Shown: positions 1 through 9,824 of the stretch, piece by piece
How the letters are laid out: the number at the start of each line of letters is the position of its first letter
Position numbering within the stretch: position 1 is the stretch's first letter
NCBI GenBank assembly: GCA_963743245.1
Contig: CAVUPP010000013.1
Location: 406,943 to 470,942, forward strand
Reading direction: 5' to 3'
Origin: Vicinamibacteria bacterium
GTDB lineage: Bacteria > Acidobacteriota > Vicinamibacteria > Vicinamibacterales > JAENWD01
Length of the DNA: 64,000 nucleotides
Notes under the pieces: generated by a model
The model's input: only the letters and a program-made list of their open reading frames with translations
What the model was told of the DNA's origin: nothing
Databases searched by the model: none
Program-made: the position numbers and the translations under genes

Positions 1-223
1 GTCTTCGGAGTTCTTTGGATTCTTTGCGGTGTTCGAGAAGTTTGCCGGGATCTTCGGACCTGCGCTGTTCGCGGTCACGGTGTCAGTGACCGGGTCCAGC
101 CGTCAGGCGATCCTGTCGGTCATCGCGTTCTTCGTCGTCGGAGCCGTGCTGCTGGCGATGGTGGATGTGGAGGCAGGCCAGCGCGCCGCCCGCGCGGAAA
201 CGGGGGCAACGGGGTCGGGATAA
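1..223 (+). CDS. MFS transporter (UMF1/YxiO-like), 3' part only
   Basis: Frame 2 is open from the window edge: SSEFFGFFAVFEKFAGIFGP...SRQAILSVIAFFVVGAVLL, typical of the last two TM helices of this MFS family. Confidence 0.75.
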   Translation, partial: SSEFFGFFAVFEKFAGIFGPALFAVTVSVTGSSRQAILSVIAFFVVGAVLLAMVDVEAGQRAARAETGATGSG

Positions 224-298
224 GTTTCAGTTCCTGCGATCAGCATGCCCTCGATCTCCCGCAGGAACTGAAACTTATCCCGACCCGTTGCCCGTTTC
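197..298. repeat. REP-like long inverted repeat (about 40-bp arms, 21-nt loop) between convergent genes
   Basis: GAAACGGGGGCAACGGGGTCGGGATAAGTTTCAGTTCCTGCG (197-238) pairs with CGCAGGAACTGAAACTTATCCCGACCCGTTGCCCGTTTC (260-298); the arms differ only in G-run lengths. Confidence 0.9.
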
Positions 299-713
299 AC
301 CCCACTTTCAGTCGCTCCAGCATCCGCTTGAGGAGCGCACGCGCCGGATGCCGTCGCAGCGCCGCGGACGCTCGACCCGGCGCCATCCACTGCCGCCGGC
401 GGACGTTACTCTCAGGCCATCGCCGCTGGCTGGACCGGACTCTCATGAGATACACGGCCACCGTCAGCGTGTCACCCCACTTGTCATACTGATAGCGGCC
501 AATCGATCGGCCCACCAATCGTCCGCGAATCCCGGCCTCCTCCCACGCTTCGCGCACGGCGGTTGCGCGCTGCGTGTCGCCGTGTTCGATCAGACCCTTC
601 GGGATGCTCCAGGGATTGTTGCCTTTGCGAATCAGACACACCTGGATGCCGCGCACACTCCGCCGGACCGCAATGACGCCCGCCTGTTCGGCACGTCCGC
701 TCGGCTTGGGCAT
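297..713 (-). CDS. NUDIX hydrolase
   Basis: Nudix box PKGLIEHGDTQRATAVREAWEEAG. Confidence 0.9.
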   Translation of the reverse strand: MPKPSGRAEQAGVIAVRRSVRGIQVCLIRKGNNPWSIPKGLIEHGDTQRATAVREAWEEAGIRGRLVGRSIGRYQYDKWGDTLTVAVYLMRVRSSQRRWPESNVRRRQWMAPGRASAALRRHPARALLKRMLERLKVG

Positions 714-735
714 AGCGACTACCAGGTCTCTCTGC

Positions 736-1458
736 TCACAATTCGTCGGCTGCTGAACGCGTCGTCCACCATCCGATCGCGAGGAGCCCGACGGCCACGA
801 CGAACGTGACGGCGACTCCGCCGGCCACGACGAAGGAACGCCTGCCGGCGTGCATGAAGCGCAAGCCGTTCACCAGCGCGGCGGCGGCGAGGACCGCAAG
901 AACCGCGCACGTCCTGACAACGAGCGGTTGCAGGGCCACCGGTGGCTGATCCCGGAGCCACGGCCACACGGCGGCAGCGAGCGCGAACAGACCCAGGATC
1001 GTGCTCGCGTGTTGAAGGGCCGCATACCAGGGGAGACCCGGCAGGCCGGCGACGACTGGCGTCTTCAGGACCGGCAGAGTGCGGACGACCCATCCGTAGT
1101 CGTGGGTGAATGCGTCCCACACGACGTGCGTGACCGACCCGATGAAGAGCGCAAGACTCGTGAGGAGCAGCGGCCGCGACTCCGGAGCGTCGGGCAGTCT
1201 CCATTGAGCCGGGAGCAGCGCCGCCACTCCGGCACGACCGAACCGATCGAAGAGCAGCAGGACGATCCATCCAACTGGGAGACACACGAATAGAAGGCCG
1301 GGCAGCGTGTGCGTGAAGCGGCCTTCAGCCGACAGCCGCGTGAAGTACTGCACGTCCGGCATCGTCGCACCGATTGCGAGTGGTGCCAACGCGAGGTGCC
1401 GTCGCGTGGCCGATCGAAGCGGCAAGACCGCCGCGGGATGCGCCAGCGTGTACGGCAT
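736..1458 (-). CDS. DUF4184 family membrane protein
   Basis: MPYTLAHPAAVLP, GATMPD, THT, THVVWDAFTH and LQHAST motifs; several TM segments. Confidence 0.85.
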   Translation of the reverse strand: MPYTLAHPAAVLPLRSATRRHLALAPLAIGATMPDVQYFTRLSAEGRFTHTLPGLLFVCLPVGWIVLLLFDRFGRAGVAALLPAQWRLPDAPESRPLLLTSLALFIGSVTHVVWDAFTHDYGWVVRTLPVLKTPVVAGLPGLPWYAALQHASTILGLFALAAAVWPWLRDQPPVALQPLVVRTCAVLAVLAAAALVNGLRFMHAGRRSFVVAGGVAVTFVVAVGLLAIGWWTTRSAADEL

Positions 1459-1472
1459 GGCCGATCGCGGAC

Positions 1473-2387
1473 CTACTTCCCCAGCGCCTTACGCGCCGCC
1501 GGTCGAGCAATCGCGTTTTGCACGTTGTGAGCACCCGACTTGAGCACGTTCGTCCACGCCGTCCGCGCTTCGTCCTTGTGCCCGGCGCCTTCGTGCGCTT
1601 GTGCCAGCAGCATCTGGACGAATGGATCGTTGGCGTCGGCCTGCGTCAGGAAGCCCAAGGCGGCGTCATACTGCTTGGCCTGCAGCTCGACATAGCCAGC
1701 CAGATAGAACCAGAATGGCAGCTGATCCTTCACGTCGGGACTGGAGTCAACGAGCGTGCGCGCGGCGGCTACCATCTTCCTGGCGTTATCGACATCCCCG
1801 GCTTTCGCTGCCATCCGGGCCTGCGCGTGCGTCCAGCGGAATTCCCAGAGCGGAAGCTGGGCGCCTTCGCCCGCCGGCTGCCGTTTCGCGGCTTCGACGC
1901 CGGTCTGATACCAGCGCTTCGCGTTGTCGAGATCGCCAGTCTCGAGATAGACGCGTCCGAGCGCGTTGGCCGTGCCAGCGGCTGCGCCGAAATTCGACGC
2001 GGCGGTCTGCTTGTCGTACACCTGCTGGTAGAAGGTCGCGGCCTCGCGGGCGTTGCCTTCGAACGCAAACGAAATGGCCATCGCCGTCAGCGCCTGTGCG
2101 CGCGTGTCGTCGGTCGCCGCGGCAATCGCCTTGGTGAAGTGTGTGCGGGCTTCGGTGCCCTGACCTGCGAGATCGAGTGCATTGCCGAGTCCGAGGTTGA
2201 CGTCGAAGCCGTTCGGATCGCCTTCGAGCGCGCGGCGATACAGCGGCAGTGCCTCATCGACGCGTCCGTCGGCCACGAGCTTGCGAGCCTGCTTGACGAG
2301 CTCGGCGGGATCAGACGCGGGTGCACCCGCCGGCGGGTTCTGCGTTGCCAGCACTGCCAGACACAGTGCAGCGGCCAGATTGACCAT
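1473..2387 (-). CDS. Secreted tetratricopeptide-repeat protein
   Basis: Start MVNLAAALCLAVLA follows an AAGGAG RBS; signal peptide; repeated TPR-like helices (EALPLYRRALEGDP, LGRVYLETGDLDNAKRWY). Confidence 0.8.
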   Translation of the reverse strand: MVNLAAALCLAVLATQNPPAGAPASDPAELVKQARKLVADGRVDEALPLYRRALEGDPNGFDVNLGLGNALDLAGQGTEARTHFTKAIAAATDDTRAQALTAMAISFAFEGNAREAATFYQQVYDKQTAASNFGAAAGTANALGRVYLETGDLDNAKRWYQTGVEAAKRQPAGEGAQLPLWEFRWTHAQARMAAKAGDVDNARKMVAAARTLVDSSPDVKDQLPFWFYLAGYVELQAKQYDAALGFLTQADANDPFVQMLLAQAHEGAGHKDEARTAWTNVLKSGAHNVQNAIARPAARKALGK

Positions 2388-2475
2388 AGCGCTCCTTGTT
2401 GCAGGATCGCCGCCAGCACGGCGGCGTTCTGCATGACGGACCACCTGCCAGTCTACCCAAAACAGGTGACCGGGC

Positions 2476-3597
2476 CTACGCTGTGGTCTTTCGCGATCTG
2501 AGCACCGCGAGGCCGGTGATCGCCAGGCCCCATGCCAGCAGAGCCAGAATCTCCGGCCACAGCACGGCCACACCAACGCCCTTCAGGAAGATGCCGCGAA
2601 CGATGATGATGAAGTAGCGGAGGGGAACAAGGTACGTGATCTTCTGAATCACGACCGGCATGTTCTCGATCGGGAAGATGAAGCCCGAGAGGTACAGCAT
2701 CGGCGTCAGAAAGAAGAACGTGGCCGTCATCATCGACTGCTGCTGTGTTTCGGACACCGTCGAGATGAAGAGACCCAGCCCCAGCGTGGTCAACAGGTAG
2801 ATCAGGCAGCAGGCGAAGAGCAGCAGCGGACTCCCCAACAGCGGGATGCGAAACCAGACCAGCGCCACGACAACGACCAGGACGACGTCGCCCATGCCAA
2901 GAAGCCCGTACGGCAGCAGCTTGCCGAGGATGAGCTGCCAGCGCGCCAGCGGCGTGACATTCAACTGCTCGAGCGTGCCGAGCTCTCGCTCACGGACCAG
3001 AGCCATCGACGACAGGTTGGTTGTGATCACCAGCAGCAGCATGGCGACGATGCCCGGGATCATGAAGGTCCGGCTCTCGAGCTGCGGATTGAACCACACA
3101 CGAATACGCGACTCGATTGCCGGCTCGGGTAGAGCGGCCAGTCCTGCCCGTTTGGCCGCGAGCTCCGCTCCGTATTGGGCGATGAGCTGCTGCGCGTAGT
3201 TCATCGCCGCGGACGTCGAATTCGAATCCGTTCCATCCGCGATCACCTGCACGACTGCAGGACGCCGGGAACCGATCGACCGGTGATAGTCCGCCGGAAT
3301 GCCAACCGCGATCCAGGCGCGGCCCTGCTCCAGCCAGTCATCGATCTCTCGCATAGTCGTCACCGTGCCGGCGACGGTGAAGTAGGGCGATCCCTCGAAT
3401 TGGGCGATCAGCTGGCGGCTCATGCTGCTGCGGTCGCCATCCGCGATCACGATCGGCACGTTCTTGACGTCGGTGGTCGCGGCGTACCCCAGCACCACGA
3501 GTTGCACGATCGGCGCGATGAAGAGGACGCCGAACAGCTTGGGATCCTGGCGGAGCTCGATCAGCTCCTTCCGCATGATGTGAAGCAGGCGTCTCAT
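2476..3597 (-). CDS. ABC-2 type exporter permease (YbhR-like)
   Basis: MRRLLHIMRKELIEL..., WFNPQLESRTFMIPG, RERELGTLEQLNVTP, LSGFIFPIENMP. Confidence 0.9.
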   Translation of the reverse strand: MRRLLHIMRKELIELRQDPKLFGVLFIAPIVQLVVLGYAATTDVKNVPIVIADGDRSSMSRQLIAQFEGSPYFTVAGTVTTMREIDDWLEQGRAWIAVGIPADYHRSIGSRRPAVVQVIADGTDSNSTSAAMNYAQQLIAQYGAELAAKRAGLAALPEPAIESRIRVWFNPQLESRTFMIPGIVAMLLLVITTNLSSMALVRERELGTLEQLNVTPLARWQLILGKLLPYGLLGMGDVVLVVVVALVWFRIPLLGSPLLLFACCLIYLLTTLGLGLFISTVSETQQQSMMTATFFFLTPMLYLSGFIFPIENMPVVIQKITYLVPLRYFIIIVRGIFLKGVGVAVLWPEILALLAWGLAITGLAVLRSRKTTA

Positions 3598-3598
3598 G

Positions 3599-4717
3599 TC
3601 AGGCCCACTCTCTCCGCAAGCGGATGGACGCCAGCACCAGCACCACCGACGCATAGATTGCCAGGGCGCCAAGCGATGGGCCGACGACGTGCAGTCCGGA
3701 GCCTTTGAGTACGACGCCTCGCAGCGCGATCAGGAAGTACCGGGCCGGCACGATGTAGGTGATCGCCTGCAGGGCCGGCGGCATGCTGCTGATCGGGAAG
3801 ATGAATCCCGACAGGATGACGGTGGGCAGGAACGATGCGAGCACGGCGACCTGGAACGCCACCTGCTGGCTGTCGGCGATGGTCGAGATCAGCAGACCGA
3901 GTCCAAGAGCTCCGATCAGGAACAGCGTCAGCGACAGCAGGAGCAGCAGCCAGGATCCGCGCATCGGCAGATCGAACAAGGCCATCGACGCAAACAGCAC
4001 GCCGAGCGACGAGGCCATCGACAGGCACAGATACGGGAGGCTCTTGCCCACGACGAACGGCAGCGTGCCGATGGGCGACATCCGGACCTGTTCCATCGTG
4101 CCGCGTTCCTTCTCCCGCACGACCGACAATGCCGTCGATACGACTGCGACGAGCATCGCGATGTACGCCAGCAGGCCGGGCACGAGGAAGAGCGTGCTTC
4201 GCAGCTCCGGGTTGTACCAGATACGCGGCTCCATCGTGACGGCGGGCTCGCGTGCGATCGCGACCAGGTTCGCCGGCATGTAGCGCTGCGACTCGACGCT
4301 CACGATCGTGGTGGCGTATCCCATCACGGTGCCTGCCGTGTTGGCGTTGTCGCCGTTGATGAGCACCTGGACGATCGCATGCCGGCCGGCGCGCAGATCG
4401 CGGCCAAACCCCTCCGGCACGACGAGCGCCGCGCGGATGCGGTTGCGATCGATCAGATCCACGACCGACCGATCGCTCACGACGGAGGTGATCAGATCGA
4501 AGTACCCCGAGTTCACGAACGCCGAAACGAGATGCCGGCTTTCAGGCGAATGGTCGCGGTCCTCGACCGCCAGCGCCACGTGGCGGATGTCGAAATTGAG
4601 CGCGTAGCCGAACAGCAGGAGGAAGAAGACCGGGATGAACAGCAGGATCATGAGCGTCCTGCGATCGCGCAGGATCTGCTGGAACTCCTTGCGGCCAACC
4701 GCCAGCGTGCGTCTCAT
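3599..4717 (-). CDS. ABC-2 type exporter permease (YbhS-like)
   Basis: Likely start MRRTLAVGRKEFQQI at 4717; WYNPELRS, REKERGTMEQ, LSGFIFPISSMP. Confidence 0.9.
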   Translation of the reverse strand: MRRTLAVGRKEFQQILRDRRTLMILLFIPVFFLLLFGYALNFDIRHVALAVEDRDHSPESRHLVSAFVNSGYFDLITSVVSDRSVVDLIDRNRIRAALVVPEGFGRDLRAGRHAIVQVLINGDNANTAGTVMGYATTIVSVESQRYMPANLVAIAREPAVTMEPRIWYNPELRSTLFLVPGLLAYIAMLVAVVSTALSVVREKERGTMEQVRMSPIGTLPFVVGKSLPYLCLSMASSLGVLFASMALFDLPMRGSWLLLLLSLTLFLIGALGLGLLISTIADSQQVAFQVAVLASFLPTVILSGFIFPISSMPPALQAITYIVPARYFLIALRGVVLKGSGLHVVGPSLGALAIYASVVLVLASIRLRREWA

Positions 4718-5637
4718 GCGCTCTTCTCCACCACATCGAGAAACACGTCTTCGAGCGACGGCTCGACCGTCGCGACGCCGTCGATCAGGAGACCGCCCGC
4801 CTTCAGACTGGCGACGAGCGCCTGTTGATCGACCGCGCGGCTCTTCAGCACGGCGTGCACGGCGGTGCCAAAGAGCGTGGTCTTCTCCACTTCCGGCCGT
4901 TCGTCGAGCGCACGCATCAACGGAAGGGCCGCCGGTGAGCGCAGCTCGAGGATCGGACGGTCCGCAAAGACTGCCCGCAATTCGTCGACCGTGCCCAGCG
5001 TCGCCATCCTGCCGGCGTTGATGACCGCGATGCGGTTGCAGTGTTCCGCTTCGTCGAGATAGTGCGTCGTGACGAGGACGGTCGTGCCGCCCCGGGCGAG
5101 CGAGTCGATCAGGTTCCAGAAATGCCGGCGCGAGAGGGGATCCACGCCGCCGGTCGGCTCGTCGAGAAACACGATCGGCGGCTCGTGGAGGATGGCACAC
5201 CCGAGAGCGAGCCGCTGACGCCACCCACCCGCAAGCTCGCCGGTCTTCGTGTCTTCGCGCCCCTTGAGTCCGGCCATCTCGAGCACGAACCGCCGACGCT
5301 CCTGATACCGCGCGCCCTCGATGTCGTAGATCCCTGCGAAGAACCGGATGTTCTGATCGACCGTCAGCGCTTCGTACAGCGAAAACCGCTGCGACATGTA
5401 GCCGATGCGTGCTTTGACGCCTTCCGGGTTGCGGCCGACGTCGACCCCGCCCACCGTGGCGGTGCCGCTCGTCGGGCGCAGCAGTCCGCACAGCATGCGG
5501 ATCGTGGTGGACTTGCCTGCGCCGTTCGCGCCCAGAAAGCCAAAAACCTCGCCTTCCTTCACGTCGAAACTGAGGTGATCGACGGCGGTGAACGCGCCAA
5601 ACCGCCGCGTGAGATCGCGGACGATGATGGCGGACAT
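4714..5637 (-). CDS. ABC transporter ATP-binding protein
   Basis: Walker A GANGAGKST, LAGGWRQR signature, FLDEPT, H-loop TTHY. Confidence 0.95.
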   Translation of the reverse strand: MSAIIVRDLTRRFGAFTAVDHLSFDVKEGEVFGFLGANGAGKSTTIRMLCGLLRPTSGTATVGGVDVGRNPEGVKARIGYMSQRFSLYEALTVDQNIRFFAGIYDIEGARYQERRRFVLEMAGLKGREDTKTGELAGGWRQRLALGCAILHEPPIVFLDEPTGGVDPLSRRHFWNLIDSLARGGTTVLVTTHYLDEAEHCNRIAVINAGRMATLGTVDELRAVFADRPILELRSPAALPLMRALDERPEVEKTTLFGTAVHAVLKSRAVDQQALVASLKAGGLLIDGVATVEPSLEDVFLDVVEKSA

Positions 5638-6972
5638 CAGCGGCCCAGGACGCGGTCGAGCCGCGCGAGCGCGAGGCGGGTGTTGGCCAGCGCGCGAGTC
5701 TTGTCGAGCTCGGCCTGGAGCAGCGCCACCTGCGCGTCCAGCAGGTCGGTCGTGGTCGCCACGCCGGCGTTGAAGCGCTCCTGCACGACGCGACGCGCTT
5801 CCGTGGCGCTCTTGATGCCCTCATCTGACGCGACGATCTCCGCGCGTGCCGAGTCGAGGTCGAGCAGCCGTTGGTGAATGTCGGTTGCGAGTGTGCGGTC
5901 GAAATCCGCGAGGCGCTCGCGAGTGGCGTTGGCCTGGTGTCGCGCTTCCGCAACTTCCGCCTTCGTGCGGCCGCTGTCCCAGAACGTCCAGTTGAACGTC
6001 ACGCCGACGTCCCAGGTGTTCTTCCACGAGTCCTGGCGGGGGAAGATCTTCGCATTCGGGCGCGAGTAGTCGGTGCCGGTCAGAAACGACACCGTGGGGA
6101 GACGCCCGGCTGACGCGGCACGCGCGCGTTCCTCGGCGCCGTGGATGCGGGTATCGAGCGCGGCACGCTCGGGCCGGTTGGAGGTGGCATCGGCGAGCAG
6201 CGCCGTCGTATCGCCAATCGTCGCAACAACCGGGCTACTGAGCGTGGCATCGAGCTCGATGTGCTGCCCGATGGGCGCATCGATCAACTCGGCGAGGTCG
6301 GCCTCGACGACGCCAGCCTGATTCTCGGCTTCGAGTCGCTGCACTTCCTGCCTCGCTCGTTGCGCTTGCACCGTGAGCACGTCGTTGGGAGGCACGAAGC
6401 CGGCCTGGTAGCGGCTGCGGACGTCTGCCAGCTGGGCATCCACGCGGCGGACCGCCTCGGTGAGGACGCGCGCCGCCTCACGCGCGGTCACGAGCGCCCA
6501 GTAGGCCCTCGTGACCTCGAGCTTCAGATCGGCGCGCGCGGCATCGAGGTCTTTGCCCGAGGCGGTCGCTTCGGCCTCGTGCCGCTCGCTGCAGGGCCTC
6601 GAGGCGGCCGCCCGAGTAGATCGGCCACTTGAGCTCGACACGGGTCAGGTAGTTGTCGGGGACGTCGGGATACAGGACCTGCAATCCTTCGCCAGGGGTA
6701 AAGACCCTCAGTGGATCGACGTGATTGGTCCGGGTGTAACCGGCCTGCGCGGCGACGGTCGGCTTCCGCGCCGCGTTGCGCTCGTCGACCACGGCGTCGG
6801 CCGCACCGTTGTGCTCCCGCATCTCGGCAAGCCGATGACTCGTGGCCGTGGCGCGCGCGATGGCCTCCTCCACCGTGAGCCGCGGCGGGAGCGGCTGTTC
6901 GGGAGGGGACTCGGCCGAGGCCGACGCGGCGGCCATGAGGAGCATGATGACAGCGAGTGCAATTCGTGGCAT
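5637..6972 (-). CDS. TolC-family outer membrane efflux protein (frameshift near 6590)
   Basis: Signal peptide, LTVEEAI... and WPIYSGG in ORF 6478-6972 continue into ORF 5637-6641 (LKLEVTRAYWAL, RFNAGVATTTDLLDAQ). Confidence 0.85.
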
Positions 6973-6985
6973 CGGATTGATCCGT

Positions 6986-7936
6986 TCAGGCCGACGGTGC
7001 CCCGGTCGTTGCCGGCCCGGGCTCCATCAGCCGCGCGATGAACACGTCTTCGAGGGAGGGAGGAACGTCGCGAACGCCGCGAAGCTGCAGGCCCGCGGCC
7101 GTCAGGCGCGTGGTGAGCAGGCTCACGGCGTCACCCTGTGCGTGTTGTGCAAACCGTACGTGAATCCGCTCTCCGAAGGACTGCACGTCCACGACACCGT
7201 CCATTCCGCGCGCTTCCGCCAGCGCACGCGGCTGGTCGCTGGCGATCAGCTCGACGATGATGCCCGGAAGGCTGGCGCGCAGGTGATCGGGCGTATCGAG
7301 CGCGAGCAGGCGTCCCTCGTGCAACAGCGCGACGCGTGCGCAGCGCTCGGCCTCGTCGAGATACGGGGTGCTGACGAGGATGGTGATCCCCTGATCCAGA
7401 AACTCTGAGAGCAGCTTCCAGAACTCGCGGCGAGACACCGGATCCACGCCGGTCGTGGGCTCGTCGAGCACGATGAGGCGCGGTTCGTGGACGAGGGTGC
7501 AGGCGAGCGCCAGCTTCTGCTTCATCCCGCCCGAAAGCCGGTCGGCCAGCCGATCGCGGAATCGCGTGAGCTGCGTCAGCTCGAGCAGGCGATCGCGGCG
7601 TGGCTGATAGCCGCGCAGCCCGTGGATCTCGGCAAAGAAGGCGATGTTCTCGTCGATGCTGAGATCGCCGTACAGGCTGAATCGCTGGGAGAGATATCCG
7701 ACCGCCGCCGTGATCGCGTCGTGCTCGCGGACCGGATCCTTTCCGAACACGCGCACGCTGCCGCCATCCGCGTGCAACAGACCGCAGATGGTGCGGATCA
7801 TCGTCGTCTTGCCGGCGCCATCGGGCCCGATGAGACCGAACATCTGTCCTTCGGGCACCTCGAGCGACACGCCGTTCAGCGCGACGAGGGATCCGTAGCG
7901 CTTCACGAGACGATCCAGGACGATTGCGGACGGCAT
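6986..7936 (-). CDS. ABC transporter ATP-binding protein (YbhF N-domain-like)
   Basis: GPDGAGKTT, LSGGMKQKL, LDEPTTGVDP, STPYLDEA. Confidence 0.95.
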   Translation of the reverse strand: MPSAIVLDRLVKRYGSLVALNGVSLEVPEGQMFGLIGPDGAGKTTMIRTICGLLHADGGSVRVFGKDPVREHDAITAAVGYLSQRFSLYGDLSIDENIAFFAEIHGLRGYQPRRDRLLELTQLTRFRDRLADRLSGGMKQKLALACTLVHEPRLIVLDEPTTGVDPVSRREFWKLLSEFLDQGITILVSTPYLDEAERCARVALLHEGRLLALDTPDHLRASLPGIIVELIASDQPRALAEARGMDGVVDVQSFGERIHVRFAQHAQGDAVSLLTTRLTAAGLQLRGVRDVPPSLEDVFIARLMEPGPATTGAPSA

Positions 7937-7944
7937 GACCGGGC

Positions 7945-9045
7945 CTACTGCAGCTTCAGATCGGCTTCGACCGGCATGCCCTGTTTCAACACGCCCTTGG
8001 CGTTGTCCACGGACACCTTGATCCGGTAGACGAGCCGCGAGCGCTCCTCCGCCGTCTGCACGTTGCGCGGCGTGAATTCGGCCTTTGGCGAGATGAACGT
8101 CACGGTGCCCGGCACGCCGTCACCACCAGCGTCCGTGAAGATGGTCGCCGGCTGGCCGAGACGGAGGCGCGGCACGACGGGTTCGTCCACGAACAGCTCG
8201 GCCCACGCGTGATCCAGATCCGTCACCACCACGAGCGGAACGTGCGGACTGATCAACTCGCCCATGTCCACCAGCTTCTGCGTGACGATTCCGGCGACGG
8301 GTGCGATGACGCGTGCATCCGTGATCTGTTTCTGAAGCTGCGCAATCTGCGCGTCCACGGCGGCGAGCCTCGCGTCGCCGGCTTCGATCTCTTGCGGGCG
8401 CGAGCCCGCCTTCACACGCGCCAGCGTTTCCTGCCCGGCGCGGGCGCGCTCGCGGGTTGCATTCAGATGGCTCCGCGCCATATCGCGCCGCGCCCGGGCA
8501 TCGTCGCGCTGCTTGCGCGAGCCGGCGTTGGCCTGGAGCAGTGCTTCATAGCGTTCGAGATCCGCGTCTGCCGAGGCGAGATCGGCTTCGGCGGCAGCGA
8601 TCTCGGCATCCGCGGCCTGCGATTGGGCCACGGCGAGTTGCACGTCTTCGGGCCGCGAGCCCGCCCGCAGCAGGCGAACCTGCGCGTCGGCCTGCGCGCG
8701 TTCCGCGTGGAGCCGCTGCAGCGTCAGCTCCGCGTCGCGGGTATCGAGGCGCGCGATGAGGTCGCCGGCTGTGACCCGCGTGCCCTCGTCCACGGCGAGC
8801 TCGAGGATCCGGCCGCCGACTTCTGACGCCACCTGCACTTCGGTGGCTTCGACGTGTCCGGAGACCCGGACGTGATCGGTCGGACCCTGCGCCTGACATC
8901 CGGCAAGCACCAGTGGCAGCAGGATGCCGGACAGGCGAATCCCTCGCGTGACGCCGGCGCGCGGGCGCGAGCGAACGCGTCTGAGGCCAGCGTGTGGCGT
9001 GATGGGGATGGCAGCTGGTGGTGTGTTACGCATCGAGATCCTCAC
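7945..9045 (-). CDS. HlyD/YbhG-type periplasmic adaptor, possible lipoprotein (start uncertain)
   Basis: LAGC lipobox, SGHVEATEV, coiled coil, ISPKAEFTPRNVQT, LKQGMP. Confidence 0.9.
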   Translation of the reverse strand: MRISMRNTPPAAIPITPHAGLRRVRSRPRAGVTRGIRLSGILLPLVLAGCQAQGPTDHVRVSGHVEATEVQVASEVGGRILELAVDEGTRVTAGDLIARLDTRDAELTLQRLHAERAQADAQVRLLRAGSRPEDVQLAVAQSQAADAEIAAAEADLASADADLERYEALLQANAGSRKQRDDARARRDMARSHLNATRERARAGQETLARVKAGSRPQEIEAGDARLAAVDAQIAQLQKQITDARVIAPVAGIVTQKLVDMGELISPHVPLVVVTDLDHAWAELFVDEPVVPRLRLGQPATIFTDAGGDGVPGTVTFISPKAEFTPRNVQTAEERSRLVYRIKVSVDNAKGVLKQGMPVEADLKLQ

Positions 9046-9676
9046 CGGAGGTGGCGCGCAAAGTGCGACGAAGCATGAGGCTCATGTGACGCAGGAACGG
9101 TTCGGTGCCCACGGGCACCGCCCGGGCGCTTTCGGTCAGCCGCATGCGTCGGATGCGCTGCCGGAGCGGTTCGTTCGCGATGTACACCATCGAGGCACCG
9201 AGGATGACGAAGTGTGTGAGCAGTGGATCGATCGCGTCGAACTCGCCGGACATCCGGCCTGATTCGAGCACGTCGCGCACGACGCCGAACAGCCCGAACG
9301 CGCGCTGCATCCCGTCGCGATCGAGATTGCGGCCGCCTTCTGCCAACTCGCGCAGCATGAGCGGTACGACATGAGGATGAGTGCGGGCGCCCGCCATCAG
9401 GGTACTCATGTACCGATCGAGACGCACGGCGGCGGGCGCGTCGATCGACACGGCGGTCCGAGCCGCGGCGGTGAGGGCGGTGATGCCCTCGCCGATGACC
9501 GCGCGATAGAGCGCGATCTTGCTTCCGAAGTGGTAGTAGATCATCGCCTTGTTCACGCCGGCGCGGTCGGCGAGGCGATCGACCCCGGCGCCGCGGAAGC
9601 CGTGGGTGGCGAACTCCATGCGCGCGGCCTGGAGGATGAGGGCCCTCGAATCGCGGGAGACAGAGGGACGAGCCAT
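9026..9676 (-). CDS. TetR/AcrR family transcriptional regulator
   Basis: ILQAARMEFATHGFRGAGVDRLADRAGVNKAMIYYHFGSK helix-turn-helix. Confidence 0.95.
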   Translation of the reverse strand: MARPSVSRDSRALILQAARMEFATHGFRGAGVDRLADRAGVNKAMIYYHFGSKIALYRAVIGEGITALTAAARTAVSIDAPAAVRLDRYMSTLMAGARTHPHVVPLMLRELAEGGRNLDRDGMQRAFGLFGVVRDVLESGRMSGEFDAIDPLLTHFVILGASMVYIANEPLRQRIRRMRLTESARAVPVGTEPFLRHMSLMLRRTLRATSGEDLDA

Positions 9677-9725
9677 TGGAATGCGGAGCTCGGACTGCGG
9701 AGTTCGAAATTCGAAGTACGGGACT
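9677..9725. repeat. Degenerate heptamer tandem array (7 x CGGAGTT-like) forming the TetR gene 5' region
   Basis: TGGAATG CGGAGCT CGGACTG CGGAGTT CGAAATT CGAAGTA CGGGACT. Confidence 0.75.
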
Positions 9726-9729
9726 TAAT

Positions 9730-9772
9730 TAACTAACTGGTTAGTTATTACACCGACTGCCGCCGATGTCAA
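9730..9772 (-). promoter_or_regulatory. Sigma70 promoter with overlapping palindromic TetR operator
   Basis: Minus-strand TTGACA (9772-9767) followed by an AT-rich -10 region that overlaps the perfect palindrome TAACTAAC-TG-GTTAGTTA (9730-9747). Confidence 0.75.
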
Positions 9773-9824
9773 GCCACGTAAATTCCCAACCAAATCGTCT
9801 GCCCCACCCCGCTATAGTGGACCC

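Noticed and set aside
3599-5953. 784-aa permease with a long N-terminal extension
   Set aside because: The extension overlaps the ATPase and tolC genes in another frame and is Arg/Pro-rich noise; the real start is 4717
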